Assembly: GCA_965199825.1 (NCBI GenBank) | Contig: OZ241329.1 | Coordinates: forward strand, 2,560,001-2,624,000 | Source: Bdellovibrionales bacterium | Lineage (GTDB): Bacteria; Bdellovibrionota; Bdellovibrionia; Bdellovibrionales; UBA1609 | DNA length: 64,000 nt | Direction: 5' to 3' | Program-made: the position numbers and the translations under genes | The notes under the pieces: generated by a model | Seen by the model: only the letters and a program-made list of their open reading frames with translations | Databases searched by the model: none | Told to the model about the DNA's origin: nothing | Part shown: piece after piece, positions 9,119 through 19,001 of the stretch | Layout: the number at the start of each line of letters is the position of its first letter | How positions within the stretch are numbered: position 1 is the stretch's first letter

Positions 9119-9861
9119 AGAGTTATGGTTTCCTTTGGAGTTGCAGTCCAAAACCAAGATAAAAGCGGATCAAGATCCACACTGTCGATAGTTTGAATAT
9201 CTAAAAAATCAAATTGGTTTCGATCAAGGTTTTTGGGGCCGATTGTTACAAAACGCTGCACCAAGAATTTTTCGGCAAGCAAAGTGATGGCAGATTTAAG
9301 ATCCGCACCAGGCATATCCAGCGGATGGTAGCTCAGATCAGATTTTTGAAATGCTTGAAAAGGCAGATTCATGTCGTTGTCATCTTCGGCAATTGAAAGC
9401 GGGCGGATCGTGCGCATGCCTGGACTTTGCAAAACCATATCAAAAAAACTTTTTTCGCCGCTCGCAACTTCCACTGGTGAATCTGCGGATAAGGTTCCAA
9501 TTAAAAAATCGGGATAAGAATTTTGGCGCAAGTATCTTTGGTAAAGACCGATTTGCACCACTGCAACACTAAGACGCCGAAGCTGAAAGTGATTTAGAAA
9601 ATGAACGTCTTCGCTCAGTAAAAAATTGGCAAGATCGAATCCGCCAATGCCTTGATTATCATAGATTTGCTGAGTTTCATAAATGCACTTCATCACCTCA
9701 GGAATTCGAGTGGCCTTCGATCGAATACTAAATTGATCAAGGCAATCTCCAATTTGAAAGATGACACAGTCCCTCATTATGTCTTTCCCACTTTGCAACT
9801 CCCCGTGGTCGTCCATATCAACAAAACTTCGAACCGACAACCTCGACTTCCGTCTTGCCAT
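9115..9861 (-). CDS. Hypothetical protein, degenerate malonyl-CoA:ACP transacylase (FabD)-like
   Basis: VQIGLY...PDFLIG and RFVTIGP resemble AT-domain motifs, but GHSxG is absent. Start taken at ATG 9861. Confidence 0.55.
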   Translation of the reverse strand: MARRKSRLSVRSFVDMDDHGELQSGKDIMRDCVIFQIGDCLDQFSIRSKATRIPEVMKCIYETQQIYDNQGIGGFDLANFLLSEDVHFLNHFQLRRLSVAVVQIGLYQRYLRQNSYPDFLIGTLSADSPVEVASGEKSFFDMVLQSPGMRTIRPLSIAEDDNDMNLPFQAFQKSDLSYHPLDMPGADLKSAITLLAEKFLVQRFVTIGPKNLDRNQFDFLDIQTIDSVDLDPLLSWFWTATPKETITL

Positions 9862-9910
9862 CTGCAACACTTGTGGCCAGGAAAAATTTTAAACAGTTAA
9901 ACTAAGGTCG

Positions 9911-10831
9911 ATGGCACTTAATTTTCGCAACTGGTTGACCTCATTAAAAAAAGGTCGACCGCCTCTTGAAGGCGCCTACATTTACATTCTCTCACTCTTG
10001 ATCGGATATTGGATTTCTGATCTAACTCTTATTTCTATCAGACCAGCGATGCTTCCAACCAAAGCCCCACCAGGCCGACCGCAGCGCGGGCGCAGTGATC
10101 GTGCACTCTCGCGTCAGGACTACAACTCTATTGTCGATCGAAATATTTTTACTCTCGATGGACAAATCCCCCCGCCTCTCTCGGTTGATGGAACAAGTAA
10201 TGGCAATGATGAAGTTCCGGCTGTTTTGTCGCAACTTCCGCTGACACTTCAGGGAACCATCGTTCACGCAAACCCTATCAAGTCGGTTGCAACAGTTTTG
10301 CTAAAGAGCCGAAATCTTTCAAAAGCTTTTCGTGTGAATGAAGAGATCGAAGGTGTCGCGAAAGTGACAAAAGTAGAGCGCACACGCGTTACATTTCGCA
10401 ATCTCAACAACTCGCGACTCGAATACATCGAGATCGTATCAGATGTTAAAATCAATTTTGGTATGAATCAAAAGCATGATGACGTTGAAGCACGCGGAGA
10501 TTTTGATTTTGCCTTAAAGCGCGATGATGTTAAAAAATATACCGCGGATTTGTCGGCGGTTTTAAATCAAGCACGGATGATCCCAAACGTTGTACCAGGT
10601 ACGGGTGGTCGGGTTGAGGGATTTCGATTCGTCAACATTCAAGCCGGAAGTATCTATGAGAAATTGGGATTTAAACCTGACGATGTGATCAAAGGTGTAA
10701 ATGGTGAGTCGGTAAATTCGCCAACCAAAGCGATGGAACTTTATCAGACGCTTAAAACAGACAATAAAATTTCACTCACGATCGAACGCAACGGCAAAGA
10801 AGAAACTTTTCAATACACAGTGACTGAATAA
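9911..10831 (+). CDS. gspC: Type II secretion system protein GspC (TM, HR and PDZ domains)
   Basis: N-terminal TM, RNIF motif, LTLQGTIV, C-terminal PDZ (LGFKPDDVIKGVNG); first gene of the gsp cluster. Confidence 0.9.
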   Translation: MALNFRNWLTSLKKGRPPLEGAYIYILSLLIGYWISDLTLISIRPAMLPTKAPPGRPQRGRSDRALSRQDYNSIVDRNIFTLDGQIPPPLSVDGTSNGNDEVPAVLSQLPLTLQGTIVHANPIKSVATVLLKSRNLSKAFRVNEEIEGVAKVTKVERTRVTFRNLNNSRLEYIEIVSDVKINFGMNQKHDDVEARGDFDFALKRDDVKKYTADLSAVLNQARMIPNVVPGTGGRVEGFRFVNIQAGSIYEKLGFKPDDVIKGVNGESVNSPTKAMELYQTLKTDNKISLTIERNGKEETFQYTVTE

Positions 10832-10847
10832 ACGAAAGGCATCAGCT

Positions 10848-13085
10848 ATGATTCTCCGCTCGGTTTTAATATTTTCTACGGCAAGCGCATGGGCGCAAAT
10901 ACCGATGAAAAAGCCGACGCCTGCGCCTTCAAAAGGCCCTTTGGTAAGTTCAAAAACAAAGATGCCTTTTTCAAAAGCTCAGCCCGAAGATATTACCAAC
11001 GAAAATTTTCCCGACTTGATCGAAAGTTTTGATTACAACAACGCCGAGATTGGCGATGTGATCGAAGCGATTTCAAAATTGACAGGCAAAAACTTTATTG
11101 TCGACCCTCAAGTGCGCGGAAAAATAACTATTCTTGCGCCTTCGCAAATCACAGTGGCCGAAGCTTATCGGGCTTTTTTATCGGCGCTGGCCATTAATGG
11201 TTTTACGGTTGTGCCTTACGGAAATTTCTTAAAAGTGATGTCCACACGAAACGCCCAACGTTCAAGTATTGAGACCTACTCTGGCAATTATTTTCCCGAC
11301 TCGGATCAACTGATTACCCGAATCATTCGTCTCAAATATATTAGTGCAGACGAAGTAAATAAAAATTTAAGAATCTTAAATTCCAAAGACGGTGAGATGG
11401 TGCCCTACCCTCCCACCAACTCCCTCATCATTACCGATTTTGGATCCAACATCGATCGGGTGATGAAGATTGTGACCCAACTCGATGTTCCAGGTTTTGA
11501 GGAACGACTTGAAGTGGTGCGAATCCGATTTGCACGCTCAAAAGACATTGCCGATATGATCACCAAAATTATCAATAAGGGTGATCCTAATGCGGGCAAT
11601 CGTTTTGCACCGGGCATTCCGCGATTTCGTCAACCTGGCGAAGGCGGCACAGGAGGCAATGCCGAGAGTTATTCGCTCGTTGTTTCTGATGACCGCATCA
11701 ATTCTATAATTGTTGTTGGAAATAAAGCGGGCATCGAAAAAATTCGAAAACTTGTTTCGCAACTCGATTTTAGATTGCGCCCCGAAGATCGCGGCGGAGT
11801 GACGGTTTATCACGTCAAACACACCGAAGCCGAAAAGTTGGCCACCACCTTAAACGGAATAGCTGCAGATTCTAAAAAAGCCCAAGACACCGCAAATCCT
11901 GCAGCAGGTGGCGCGGGCGGCGCAATCGCAGCGCCACGTCCTGGCCAAGAAGCGGGAGCACTCTCTGCTCAAGCGGTTTTTGGAAATGATGTGAAATTCA
12001 CCGCAGACAAAGTGACCAATAGTATTTTGATCACCGCAAGCCGCCAAGATTATGAAATTATAAAAAGCATTTTATCAAAAATCGACGTGCCTCGCGATCA
12101 GGTTTTTGTCAAAGGGGTGATCATGGAAATGAAAGTCACCGAAAATCTCAATTGGGGTGTGAACTATTATAAATTTTTACCCGACACCAACGGCATTGGC
12201 CGAATGGGATTTCGAACCGGTGACATCAACAATTTAATCAATCCTGCAAGTGATAGCGGTGGAGTTTTGGGTTTTGGACTTGGTGCGATCACCAGCATTA
12301 TGATTCCTGGAGCACCTGGGGGCACATCAACAACCGGGGCAACAACCGCTGCTGGAACTTACAATGTTTCGAGTTTAACCGGTCTCGTGAAATTTTTTAA
12401 AACAAACGCCCAGGCCAATGTTTTGTCCACCCCTCAAGTGATGGCTTTAAATAATGAAGAAGCGATGATCGAAGTGGGGGATAAAATTCCGGTGGCACGA
12501 AATAACGTGCAGACCTCAACGGGTGTAAACACAAACAGTGTAGAACGCCAAGATGTCACAATTAAGCTTGAGCTCACTCCTTATATTTCGCCCGATACTG
12601 ATATTGTCCAATTAAAGATCAACCAAAGTGCCGATGGTCTATCTTCGTACACGCCAAAAGCGAGTCAATTGGCCGACACCGCAATCGCAACCACCACGCG
12701 CAAAATCAAAACCCAAATCATTGTGCATTCTGGAGATACCGCAGTTTTAGGCGGGCTGATGAAGGATGAAGACAATGAGAACATCACCAAAGTTCCGATC
12801 TTGGGAGATATTCCGATTTTGGGTTGGCTCTTTAAAAGTAAAAGCAATGATCGCCAAAAAGTGAACCTGATGGTTTTTTTATCGCCGACGATTGTTCGCA
12901 ATATGGAAGATAACGCTAAAGTGATGAACGGTAAAATTAATGAACGTATTGATTTTATTCAACGCTCGGCGAGTGGTCGCGATCCTTATGGAGAATATAT
13001 TGATTCACTTCCAAGACGCGCGGTTGGAGATGATTTAAAGAAAAAACCAGAGAGCGAAGAAGAACCAGAAACCGAAACTTTCTAA
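10848..13085 (+). CDS. gspD: Type II secretion secretin GspD
   Basis: LTGKNFIVDPQVRGKITI N0 domain, N1-N3 repeats, secretin domain (NVLSTPQ, KVPILGDIPILGWLFKS). Confidence 0.95.
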   Translation: MILRSVLIFSTASAWAQIPMKKPTPAPSKGPLVSSKTKMPFSKAQPEDITNENFPDLIESFDYNNAEIGDVIEAISKLTGKNFIVDPQVRGKITILAPSQITVAEAYRAFLSALAINGFTVVPYGNFLKVMSTRNAQRSSIETYSGNYFPDSDQLITRIIRLKYISADEVNKNLRILNSKDGEMVPYPPTNSLIITDFGSNIDRVMKIVTQLDVPGFEERLEVVRIRFARSKDIADMITKIINKGDPNAGNRFAPGIPRFRQPGEGGTGGNAESYSLVVSDDRINSIIVVGNKAGIEKIRKLVSQLDFRLRPEDRGGVTVYHVKHTEAEKLATTLNGIAADSKKAQDTANPAAGGAGGAIAAPRPGQEAGALSAQAVFGNDVKFTADKVTNSILITASRQDYEIIKSILSKIDVPRDQVFVKGVIMEMKVTENLNWGVNYYKFLPDTNGIGRMGFRTGDINNLINPASDSGGVLGFGLGAITSIMIPGAPGGTSTTGATTAAGTYNVSSLTGLVKFFKTNAQANVLSTPQVMALNNEEAMIEVGDKIPVARNNVQTSTGVNTNSVERQDVTIKLELTPYISPDTDIVQLKINQSADGLSSYTPKASQLADTAIATTTRKIKTQIIVHSGDTAVLGGLMKDEDNENITKVPILGDIPILGWLFKSKSNDRQKVNLMVFLSPTIVRNMEDNAKVMNGKINERIDFIQRSASGRDPYGEYIDSLPRRAVGDDLKKKPESEEEPETETF

Positions 13086-13148
13086 AGCTGGCCTCCTTCA
13101 TTGTTATTTTGATTGAAATGGATGATTTGTTTCATCTAGGCTTTAGAC

Positions 13149-13652
13149 GTGGTGAAAATCGCAATCCTCTTATTCGGAATTTATTTTGCTCAACAATCTG
13201 GAGCTGCGGAGATTCGTCTTTTTTCGAGAGATTTTAGAGTTGTCTCCTTAGTTAATCCCAAGGGCTATATCGATACCGATGACTTTGTTTTGATTATGGC
13301 AAAACTGGATAAAATTTTTAAGTGCGAAGATCTTTTGTGGGATGCCCATAAACTGACGCTTCTTGTCCCCTCCAGCCAAACCAAAATAGAACTGGGCCGG
13401 CGAGCGCCAAGCTTTTTTTACGATATCAAAAACACAGATGACATCACCACCATTCGAATTTTTATTGGTGGAAACATTTTTGCGATGGATTTTGAAAGGA
13501 TGTCTTTTGGTAGAATCAAAATTTATTATCAAGGCGATGATGAGCCCAGATTTGAAGTCGAAAACAAGGCGATACAACAACCCTTTACCAACATTTTTCA
13601 ATTCTCTAAGCCTAGCGATCCATCAAGTCCAAAGGTGAACCTGACCTTATAA
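13149..13652 (+). CDS. Hypothetical exported protein between gspD and gspE
   Basis: 167-aa ORF with signal-peptide-like N-terminus filling the intergenic gap. Confidence 0.65.
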   Translation: MVKIAILLFGIYFAQQSGAAEIRLFSRDFRVVSLVNPKGYIDTDDFVLIMAKLDKIFKCEDLLWDAHKLTLLVPSSQTKIELGRRAPSFFYDIKNTDDITTIRIFIGGNIFAMDFERMSFGRIKIYYQGDDEPRFEVENKAIQQPFTNIFQFSKPSDPSSPKVNLTL

Positions 13653-13661
13653 AGTCGCAAG

Positions 13662-13690
13662 TTGTGACTTCAAGAACTCCTTGTTACACT
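13662..13690 (+). promoter_or_regulatory. Putative sigma70 promoter of gspE
   Basis: TTGTGA-17 bp-TACACT with extended -10 TG, 7 nt before ATG 13698. Confidence 0.45.
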
Positions 13691-13697
13691 TATCCGC

Positions 13698-15386
13698 ATG
13701 GCTGCAACATTCGAAATGCTTTTACTCAAAGGAACGAGCTTAACAAGCGATCAGCTCAAATCGGTACTCGGCATTATGAGCACCCAAGGTGAAACGATCG
13801 AGCAGCATCTCGCAAAAGGTCAATACACCACTCCTGAAGAAGTGTTGAGCGATCTGTGTAAACATGTTCATGTTGAATTCATAAAAGAAATTCCGGTGAA
13901 TGATATTCCTGTGGATCTCGTGAGAGATTTGCCGATCAATTATGCAAAAACTCAGGAAGTACTCCCCTATCGGATGGAAAATGAGCGACTTCTTGTCCTC
14001 ACCACCAATCCGCTTAAAACCAAAGCGCTCGATGATTTAAGGGTTAAGTTTAATAAACGAATTTATCCTTTGGTCACCACAAGCTCACGACTTCAAGATG
14101 CAATCAATCGTGTTTATGAAAAATCAACCGCCGCGCTTGAAGGCCTCGATGAAATCGAGTCCGAAGAATATGATCTCGACGATCCAGTTATAGATCTTTT
14201 AGAAGCGGGCGAAGATGATGCGCCTGTGATTAAGCTCGTAAACACTTTGCTTTTTAGAGCGGTAAAAGAAAAGGCATCTGACATTCATATTGAGCCTTAT
14301 GAGCGCGACATGGTGGTTCGGTTTCGGATAGATGGAATTTTATTTGATATTTTTAAGCCGCCAAAAAAATTGCAAAATGCCATCACCTCGCGGATCAAAG
14401 TGATGGGCAATCTCAACATTGCCGAAAAGCGATTGCCTCAAGATGGACGAATTCCTCTCAAACTTGCGGGTAAAGATATTGATGTGCGTTTGAGTTCGGT
14501 TCCCACCGCATTTGGTGAGCGCTTGGTGATGCGACTTCAGGATCGATCCAACGTGGTGCTTGAACTCGCAAGCCTCGGATTTTCTGAAGACTCCCTCGTA
14601 AAAATTGATCAACTGCTTACAAAAACTTACGGCATTATGTTGGTGACCGGACCCACAGGAAGCGGAAAATCCACAACCCTTTATGCTTCAATTTCAAAGA
14701 TCAACACGATCGATAAAAATATTATTACGGTTGAAGATCCGGTGGAGCAGCGCATTCACGGCATCGGTCAAATTCAGGTCAATTCAAAAATCGGTCTTAC
14801 TTTTGCGAATGGTTTGCGCTCGATCTTAAGACAAGATCCAAACGTGATTATGATCGGAGAGATTCGTGATCTCGAAACCGCAGAGATTGCGATCAATGCT
14901 TCACTTACGGGTCACTTGGTTTTATCCACCATTCACACCAATGATTCGGCAGGTGTTTTTCCTCGGCTCATTGATATGGGTTGTGAGCCATTTTTGATTG
15001 CAACATCATTGCTTGGAGTCGTGGCGCAGCGGTTGGTTCGACTGCTCTGTCCCCATTGTAAAGAGCCCTACACCCCAACAGAAGTGGATCTTGCCAGTTT
15101 AGAGCTCACTCGCGATCAGATTCGTGGAAAAAATATTCATCGTGCTGTTGGATGTGCCGAGTGCAATCAAAAAGGATATATTGGCCGAACGATTATTCAA
15201 GAAATGATGATGCTCAATGATGATCTGCGCTCGATGATCATGAAGCGCGAAGACGGCAACGCAATCAAAAAAGCGGCGGTACAAAAATTTGGGATGATCC
15301 CCTTTCGCCAACATGGAATTCAAAAAGTTTTAAGTGGCCTTACCACAATCGAAGAAGTTCTCACCAATACACAATTGGACGTTTAA
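13698..15386 (+). CDS. gspE: Type II secretion ATPase GspE
   Basis: ASDIHIEP, Walker A GPTGSGKSTT, TVEDPVE, LRQDPNVIMIGEIRD, GHLVLSTIHTN, CxxC...CxxC zinc loop. Confidence 0.96.
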   Translation: MAATFEMLLLKGTSLTSDQLKSVLGIMSTQGETIEQHLAKGQYTTPEEVLSDLCKHVHVEFIKEIPVNDIPVDLVRDLPINYAKTQEVLPYRMENERLLVLTTNPLKTKALDDLRVKFNKRIYPLVTTSSRLQDAINRVYEKSTAALEGLDEIESEEYDLDDPVIDLLEAGEDDAPVIKLVNTLLFRAVKEKASDIHIEPYERDMVVRFRIDGILFDIFKPPKKLQNAITSRIKVMGNLNIAEKRLPQDGRIPLKLAGKDIDVRLSSVPTAFGERLVMRLQDRSNVVLELASLGFSEDSLVKIDQLLTKTYGIMLVTGPTGSGKSTTLYASISKINTIDKNIITVEDPVEQRIHGIGQIQVNSKIGLTFANGLRSILRQDPNVIMIGEIRDLETAEIAINASLTGHLVLSTIHTNDSAGVFPRLIDMGCEPFLIATSLLGVVAQRLVRLLCPHCKEPYTPTEVDLASLELTRDQIRGKNIHRAVGCAECNQKGYIGRTIIQEMMMLNDDLRSMIMKREDGNAIKKAAVQKFGMIPFRQHGIQKVLSGLTTIEEVLTNTQLDV

Positions 15387-15389
15387 TCT

Positions 15390-16610
15390 ATGCCAGTTTT
15401 TGAATACAAAGGCCTAAACAAAACCGGTAAGAACGTGCGCGGCACTATTGATGCCGAAAATGTGCGGACCGCAAAACTTCGTCTCAAAAAAGATGGAATC
15501 TTTGTGGTGGATTTAAAAGATCGCACCAAAATAGAAAAGCGTGGGAAAACCAAGAAATCGGTGGCCTCTCGCCGAGTCAGCGTGGAGGATCTCTCGCTTC
15601 TCACACGTCAGTTGGCCTCACTTCTTAAAGCCAATGTTCCTTTAGTTGATAGCCTTCAAGCGGTGAGCGAACAGATTGAAAATCCGATGCTCTCCGACGT
15701 CATGGCCGATATCAAAAATTCGGTGAACGAAGGTGGTGCTTTTCACAAAGCGCTCGCCAAGTATCCAAAAATATTTGATAGGATTTATATCACGATGTGC
15801 GAAGCCGGAGAGATGTCAGGAACACTTGATGTGATCTTGATGCGTCTTGCTGAATTCACAGAGTCGGCTTCTGAACTTCAGAGTAAGGTGCGCTCGGCAT
15901 TGATGTACCCGGTCTTGATGGTTGCATTTTCGTTATTGCTGCTCGCGGGTCTTTTTATTTATGTGATACCACAAATCGTTGCGGTGTTTGAGAGTGCTCC
16001 AGAGTTGAAGCTTCCATGGTACACATTAGGAGTTATCGCCATATCGGGTTATTTAGTAAACTACTGGCATGTGATTGGGATAAGCATCTTTTTGTCCTAT
16101 GTGGTTTTTCGCAACTGGAAAAATTCTGAAAATGGTCGAAAACAATGGGACGCTTTTTCGCTCAAGATGCCGGTGTTTGGAAAAATCAATCGCATTGTTG
16201 CGGTTTCAAGATTTACCAGAACACTTGCGACACTTTTAACCGGCGGTGTCCCCATGCTAACCGCGATGGGCATTGTGCGAAATGTTGTTGGCAATGAAAC
16301 CATAGCTGAGGCTTTGGATATTGCGCGCGACAATATTAGTGAAGGAGAATCGATTGCGGGTCCGCTTAAAAAATCGGGTCAATTTCCACCGATCGTGATT
16401 CACATGATCAACATTGGTGAAAAAACCGGTGAGCTTGAGCGCATGTTGGTACAGGTGAGTGACTCTTACGATTTTCAGGTGAAGAATTCGGTGGATGGGA
16501 TGACATCACTTTTAACCCCAGTGATGATCATCATGATGGGTGGCGTTATTGGGGTGATCGTATTTGCGATTATGGTTCCAATGTTTGAAATGTCGAACCT
16601 GGGCGGCTAA
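15390..16610 (+). CDS. gspF: Type II secretion inner membrane platform protein GspF
   Basis: TRQLASLL, AGEMSGTLD, SALMYP, GEKTGELE; three TM helices. Confidence 0.95.
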   Translation: MPVFEYKGLNKTGKNVRGTIDAENVRTAKLRLKKDGIFVVDLKDRTKIEKRGKTKKSVASRRVSVEDLSLLTRQLASLLKANVPLVDSLQAVSEQIENPMLSDVMADIKNSVNEGGAFHKALAKYPKIFDRIYITMCEAGEMSGTLDVILMRLAEFTESASELQSKVRSALMYPVLMVAFSLLLLAGLFIYVIPQIVAVFESAPELKLPWYTLGVIAISGYLVNYWHVIGISIFLSYVVFRNWKNSENGRKQWDAFSLKMPVFGKINRIVAVSRFTRTLATLLTGGVPMLTAMGIVRNVVGNETIAEALDIARDNISEGESIAGPLKKSGQFPPIVIHMINIGEKTGELERMLVQVSDSYDFQVKNSVDGMTSLLTPVMIIMMGGVIGVIVFAIMVPMFEMSNLGG

Positions 16611-16647
16611 ACTTCCCAGTGAAATTTATTTTGGAGGCAACTTGAAA

Positions 16648-17058
16648 ATGATCAGAAATTCTCGCGGTATGACCCTTGTTGAAATCATGGTGGTGCTTGC
16701 AATCATCGGCGGTCTTATTGGGATCTTAGCCGGAACAGTGAACAAACAATTTAAAAAAGCGCGCACCAAACAAGCTCGGATTCAGATTTCAGAGATTGGC
16801 AAATCTCTTGATCTTTATCTCACCGACTGTGGATCCTACCCCACCACCGAACAAGGCTTGCAAGCACTCGTCGAGCAACCCTCGGATTGTAAAAACTGGG
16901 GACCCGATGCGTACATTAAAAAAGTTCCCACCGATCCTTGGGGAGCCCCTTTTATTTATGAGCTGCGCGGCAATAGTTTTGTTTTAAAATCTCTTGGTGA
17001 TGACAAAAAAGAAGGCGGATCTGGAACAGCGGCTGACATCTCTAGCGACGACAACTAA
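16648..17058 (+). CDS. gspG: Major pseudopilin GspG
   Basis: Prepilin motif RG|MTLVEIMVV, YPTTEQGLQAL, DPWG. GGAGG at 16633-16637; start at ATG 16648 or TTG 16642. Confidence 0.93.
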   Translation: MIRNSRGMTLVEIMVVLAIIGGLIGILAGTVNKQFKKARTKQARIQISEIGKSLDLYLTDCGSYPTTEQGLQALVEQPSDCKNWGPDAYIKKVPTDPWGAPFIYELRGNSFVLKSLGDDKKEGGSGTAADISSDDN

Positions 17059-17665
17059 AGGATTTACCCTCGTTGAGATTATGGTCGTAGTGGCCATAAT
17101 CGCAGCGGTGGTTGCGATTCTTATTCCGCGTATTGATAATAAAAATAATAAAATGAAGGCAGCGGTTCGTCGCTTTTCTGCATTAACTCGCGAACTTCAC
17201 ACACGAGCAAAACTAAAAGGCACAACCTATCGTTTGGCGATCGATCTCAAAGATGGATCCGAAACCCAAACCACGCAGCAGTACTGGGTCGAGCGATCCA
17301 ATGCGACAGTGATTTTGAGTGAAAAAGACGAAAAGGCATTTAAAGATGATCTTAAAAATCTTCGTCAGGACGAAAAAAAGCCAAAGGATCTTTATGGATT
17401 TGAATTGGACTCGACCATTATTAAAGGTGTGCAAGAGATCAAGGTGCCTCTGAGAATCATCTCGGTTGAAAAAAAAGGCTACAAAGATATCTTCAACTCG
17501 GGCCTTGCTTACATTTATTTTTTTCCCCAAGGACTTTCAGAAGAAGCGATCATCCAACTCAAAGCGGGTGAAAATTTGCAATGGAGTTTGGCGGTTCAAC
17601 CGCTCACCGGAAAATCAGATGTGGTCTCAAGACTGATCACACTTAAAGATTTGATCCAGCAGTGA
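17000..17665 (+). CDS. gspH: Minor pseudopilin GspH
   Basis: KG|FTLVEIMVVV prepilin motif; position after gspG; start uncertain. Confidence 0.8.
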   Translation: MTKKKADLEQRLTSLATTTKGFTLVEIMVVVAIIAAVVAILIPRIDNKNNKMKAAVRRFSALTRELHTRAKLKGTTYRLAIDLKDGSETQTTQQYWVERSNATVILSEKDEKAFKDDLKNLRQDEKKPKDLYGFELDSTIIKGVQEIKVPLRIISVEKKGYKDIFNSGLAYIYFFPQGLSEEAIIQLKAGENLQWSLAVQPLTGKSDVVSRLITLKDLIQQ

Positions 17666-18162
17666 AAAACTTAGGCTTCACCCTTATCGAAGTTTTGGTG
17701 GCCATGATGATCCTGGTGGGTGGAATTATTATTGTGGCCAACAGCTGGTCAGGAAATCTTTTAAAAATTCGCAAAGCCAATGTGTACAATAACGTGGGCG
17801 TTTTACTCGAGCGCAAGGTCACCGAACTTGAGGTCAAATATCGCGACAAGCCCTTAACCGAAATCAAAGCCGAAGACAGCGGTGATTTTGAAGGGCTCCC
17901 TCAGTATCAGTGGAAAATGAAATCTCGCGAATTTAAAATGCCCGATCTCACCGCCGCGTTGCTCAAAAATAAGGGCGGCAACGCAGACGAAATGTTTTTA
18001 ACCATGATGAAACAGGTCAATAGCTTTATCGAAAAATCGGTCAAAGAAGTTAAAATTTCTGTGATTGTAAAATCAAATAAAAAAAATATTGAGTACTCGG
18101 TCACCACCTATTTTGTCGACTACACCAAAGATTTTAATCCTCTCGCTGGCGGCGCTCAGTGA
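17662..18162 (+). CDS. gspI: Minor pseudopilin GspI
   Basis: LG|FTLIEVLVA prepilin motif; gene order. Confidence 0.8.
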   Translation: MKNLGFTLIEVLVAMMILVGGIIIVANSWSGNLLKIRKANVYNNVGVLLERKVTELEVKYRDKPLTEIKAEDSGDFEGLPQYQWKMKSREFKMPDLTAALLKNKGGNADEMFLTMMKQVNSFIEKSVKEVKISVIVKSNKKNIEYSVTTYFVDYTKDFNPLAGGAQ

Positions 18163-19001
18163 GGTCGGGATTTACTCTGATCGAAGTTGTGGTGGCGATT
18201 GCGATCTTAGCAGTTCTCTCAATTTACACAGCCCAAAGTATTCAACGCGGAATCAAATCCAAAGCAAAAATCGAAAAGGAAATCGAACGCACGTCGGTGG
18301 TTCGTGACGCGCTCAAGGTGATCGAGCGTGATATTAATTTGGCTTTTAATTATCGCGACATCAATGTGAGTCTTTATAATCTTGCGGGCCAAGCGCGCAC
18401 CTCGCAAAGCCCGAGTGCTTCCACCACTCCGATCCCGGGATCCACCCAATCCGCAGTGGCAGTTCCCCAAGCTGCGGCGTCGCCGTTTAAGCCCAAAGAA
18501 CAAAAACTTCTCACCGCATTTTTGGGATCGAACAAAGATATTTCTTTGACCACATTGAGCGGTGTAAGAACTCAGGCCGACACCCAAACCTCAGACCAGG
18601 TGGTTGTCGGTTATCAAGTTAAAGACTGCACCAATCGCATAAATAAAAATCTCAAAAGTCGGTGCTTATGGCGACGTCTCAATCCCATCATTTCTGATGA
18701 CATCACAAAAGGTGGTGATGAGACCGTGCTGCTCGAAAACGTGACCCGATTTGAATTGAGATATCTTGGGCCTGGAAAAGAAACCGAGTGGATCAAAGAT
18801 TGGTCTTCCGGAGTCAAAGGTGATGATTCCACTCGCGGGAAATTTCCTTATGCGGTCGAGATCACCATTGAGGCCCAAAACAAAAACATTCCAGGCGATA
18901 AACCAGTAGCCATGACTTGGGTTGCTTCATTAAGATTTCCAAATAATGCCGAGCCCACGAGTTCGGCGGGAGCAAGTGTTGGGACTTCTCGCACCCCTTA
19001 G
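18159..19001 (+). CDS. gspJ: Minor pseudopilin GspJ
   Basis: SG|FTLIEVVVA prepilin motif, PYAVEITIE near the C-terminus; gene order. Confidence 0.8.
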   Translation: MRSGFTLIEVVVAIAILAVLSIYTAQSIQRGIKSKAKIEKEIERTSVVRDALKVIERDINLAFNYRDINVSLYNLAGQARTSQSPSASTTPIPGSTQSAVAVPQAAASPFKPKEQKLLTAFLGSNKDISLTTLSGVRTQADTQTSDQVVVGYQVKDCTNRINKNLKSRCLWRRLNPIISDDITKGGDETVLLENVTRFELRYLGPGKETEWIKDWSSGVKGDDSTRGKFPYAVEITIEAQNKNIPGDKPVAMTWVASLRFPNNAEPTSSAGASVGTSRTP

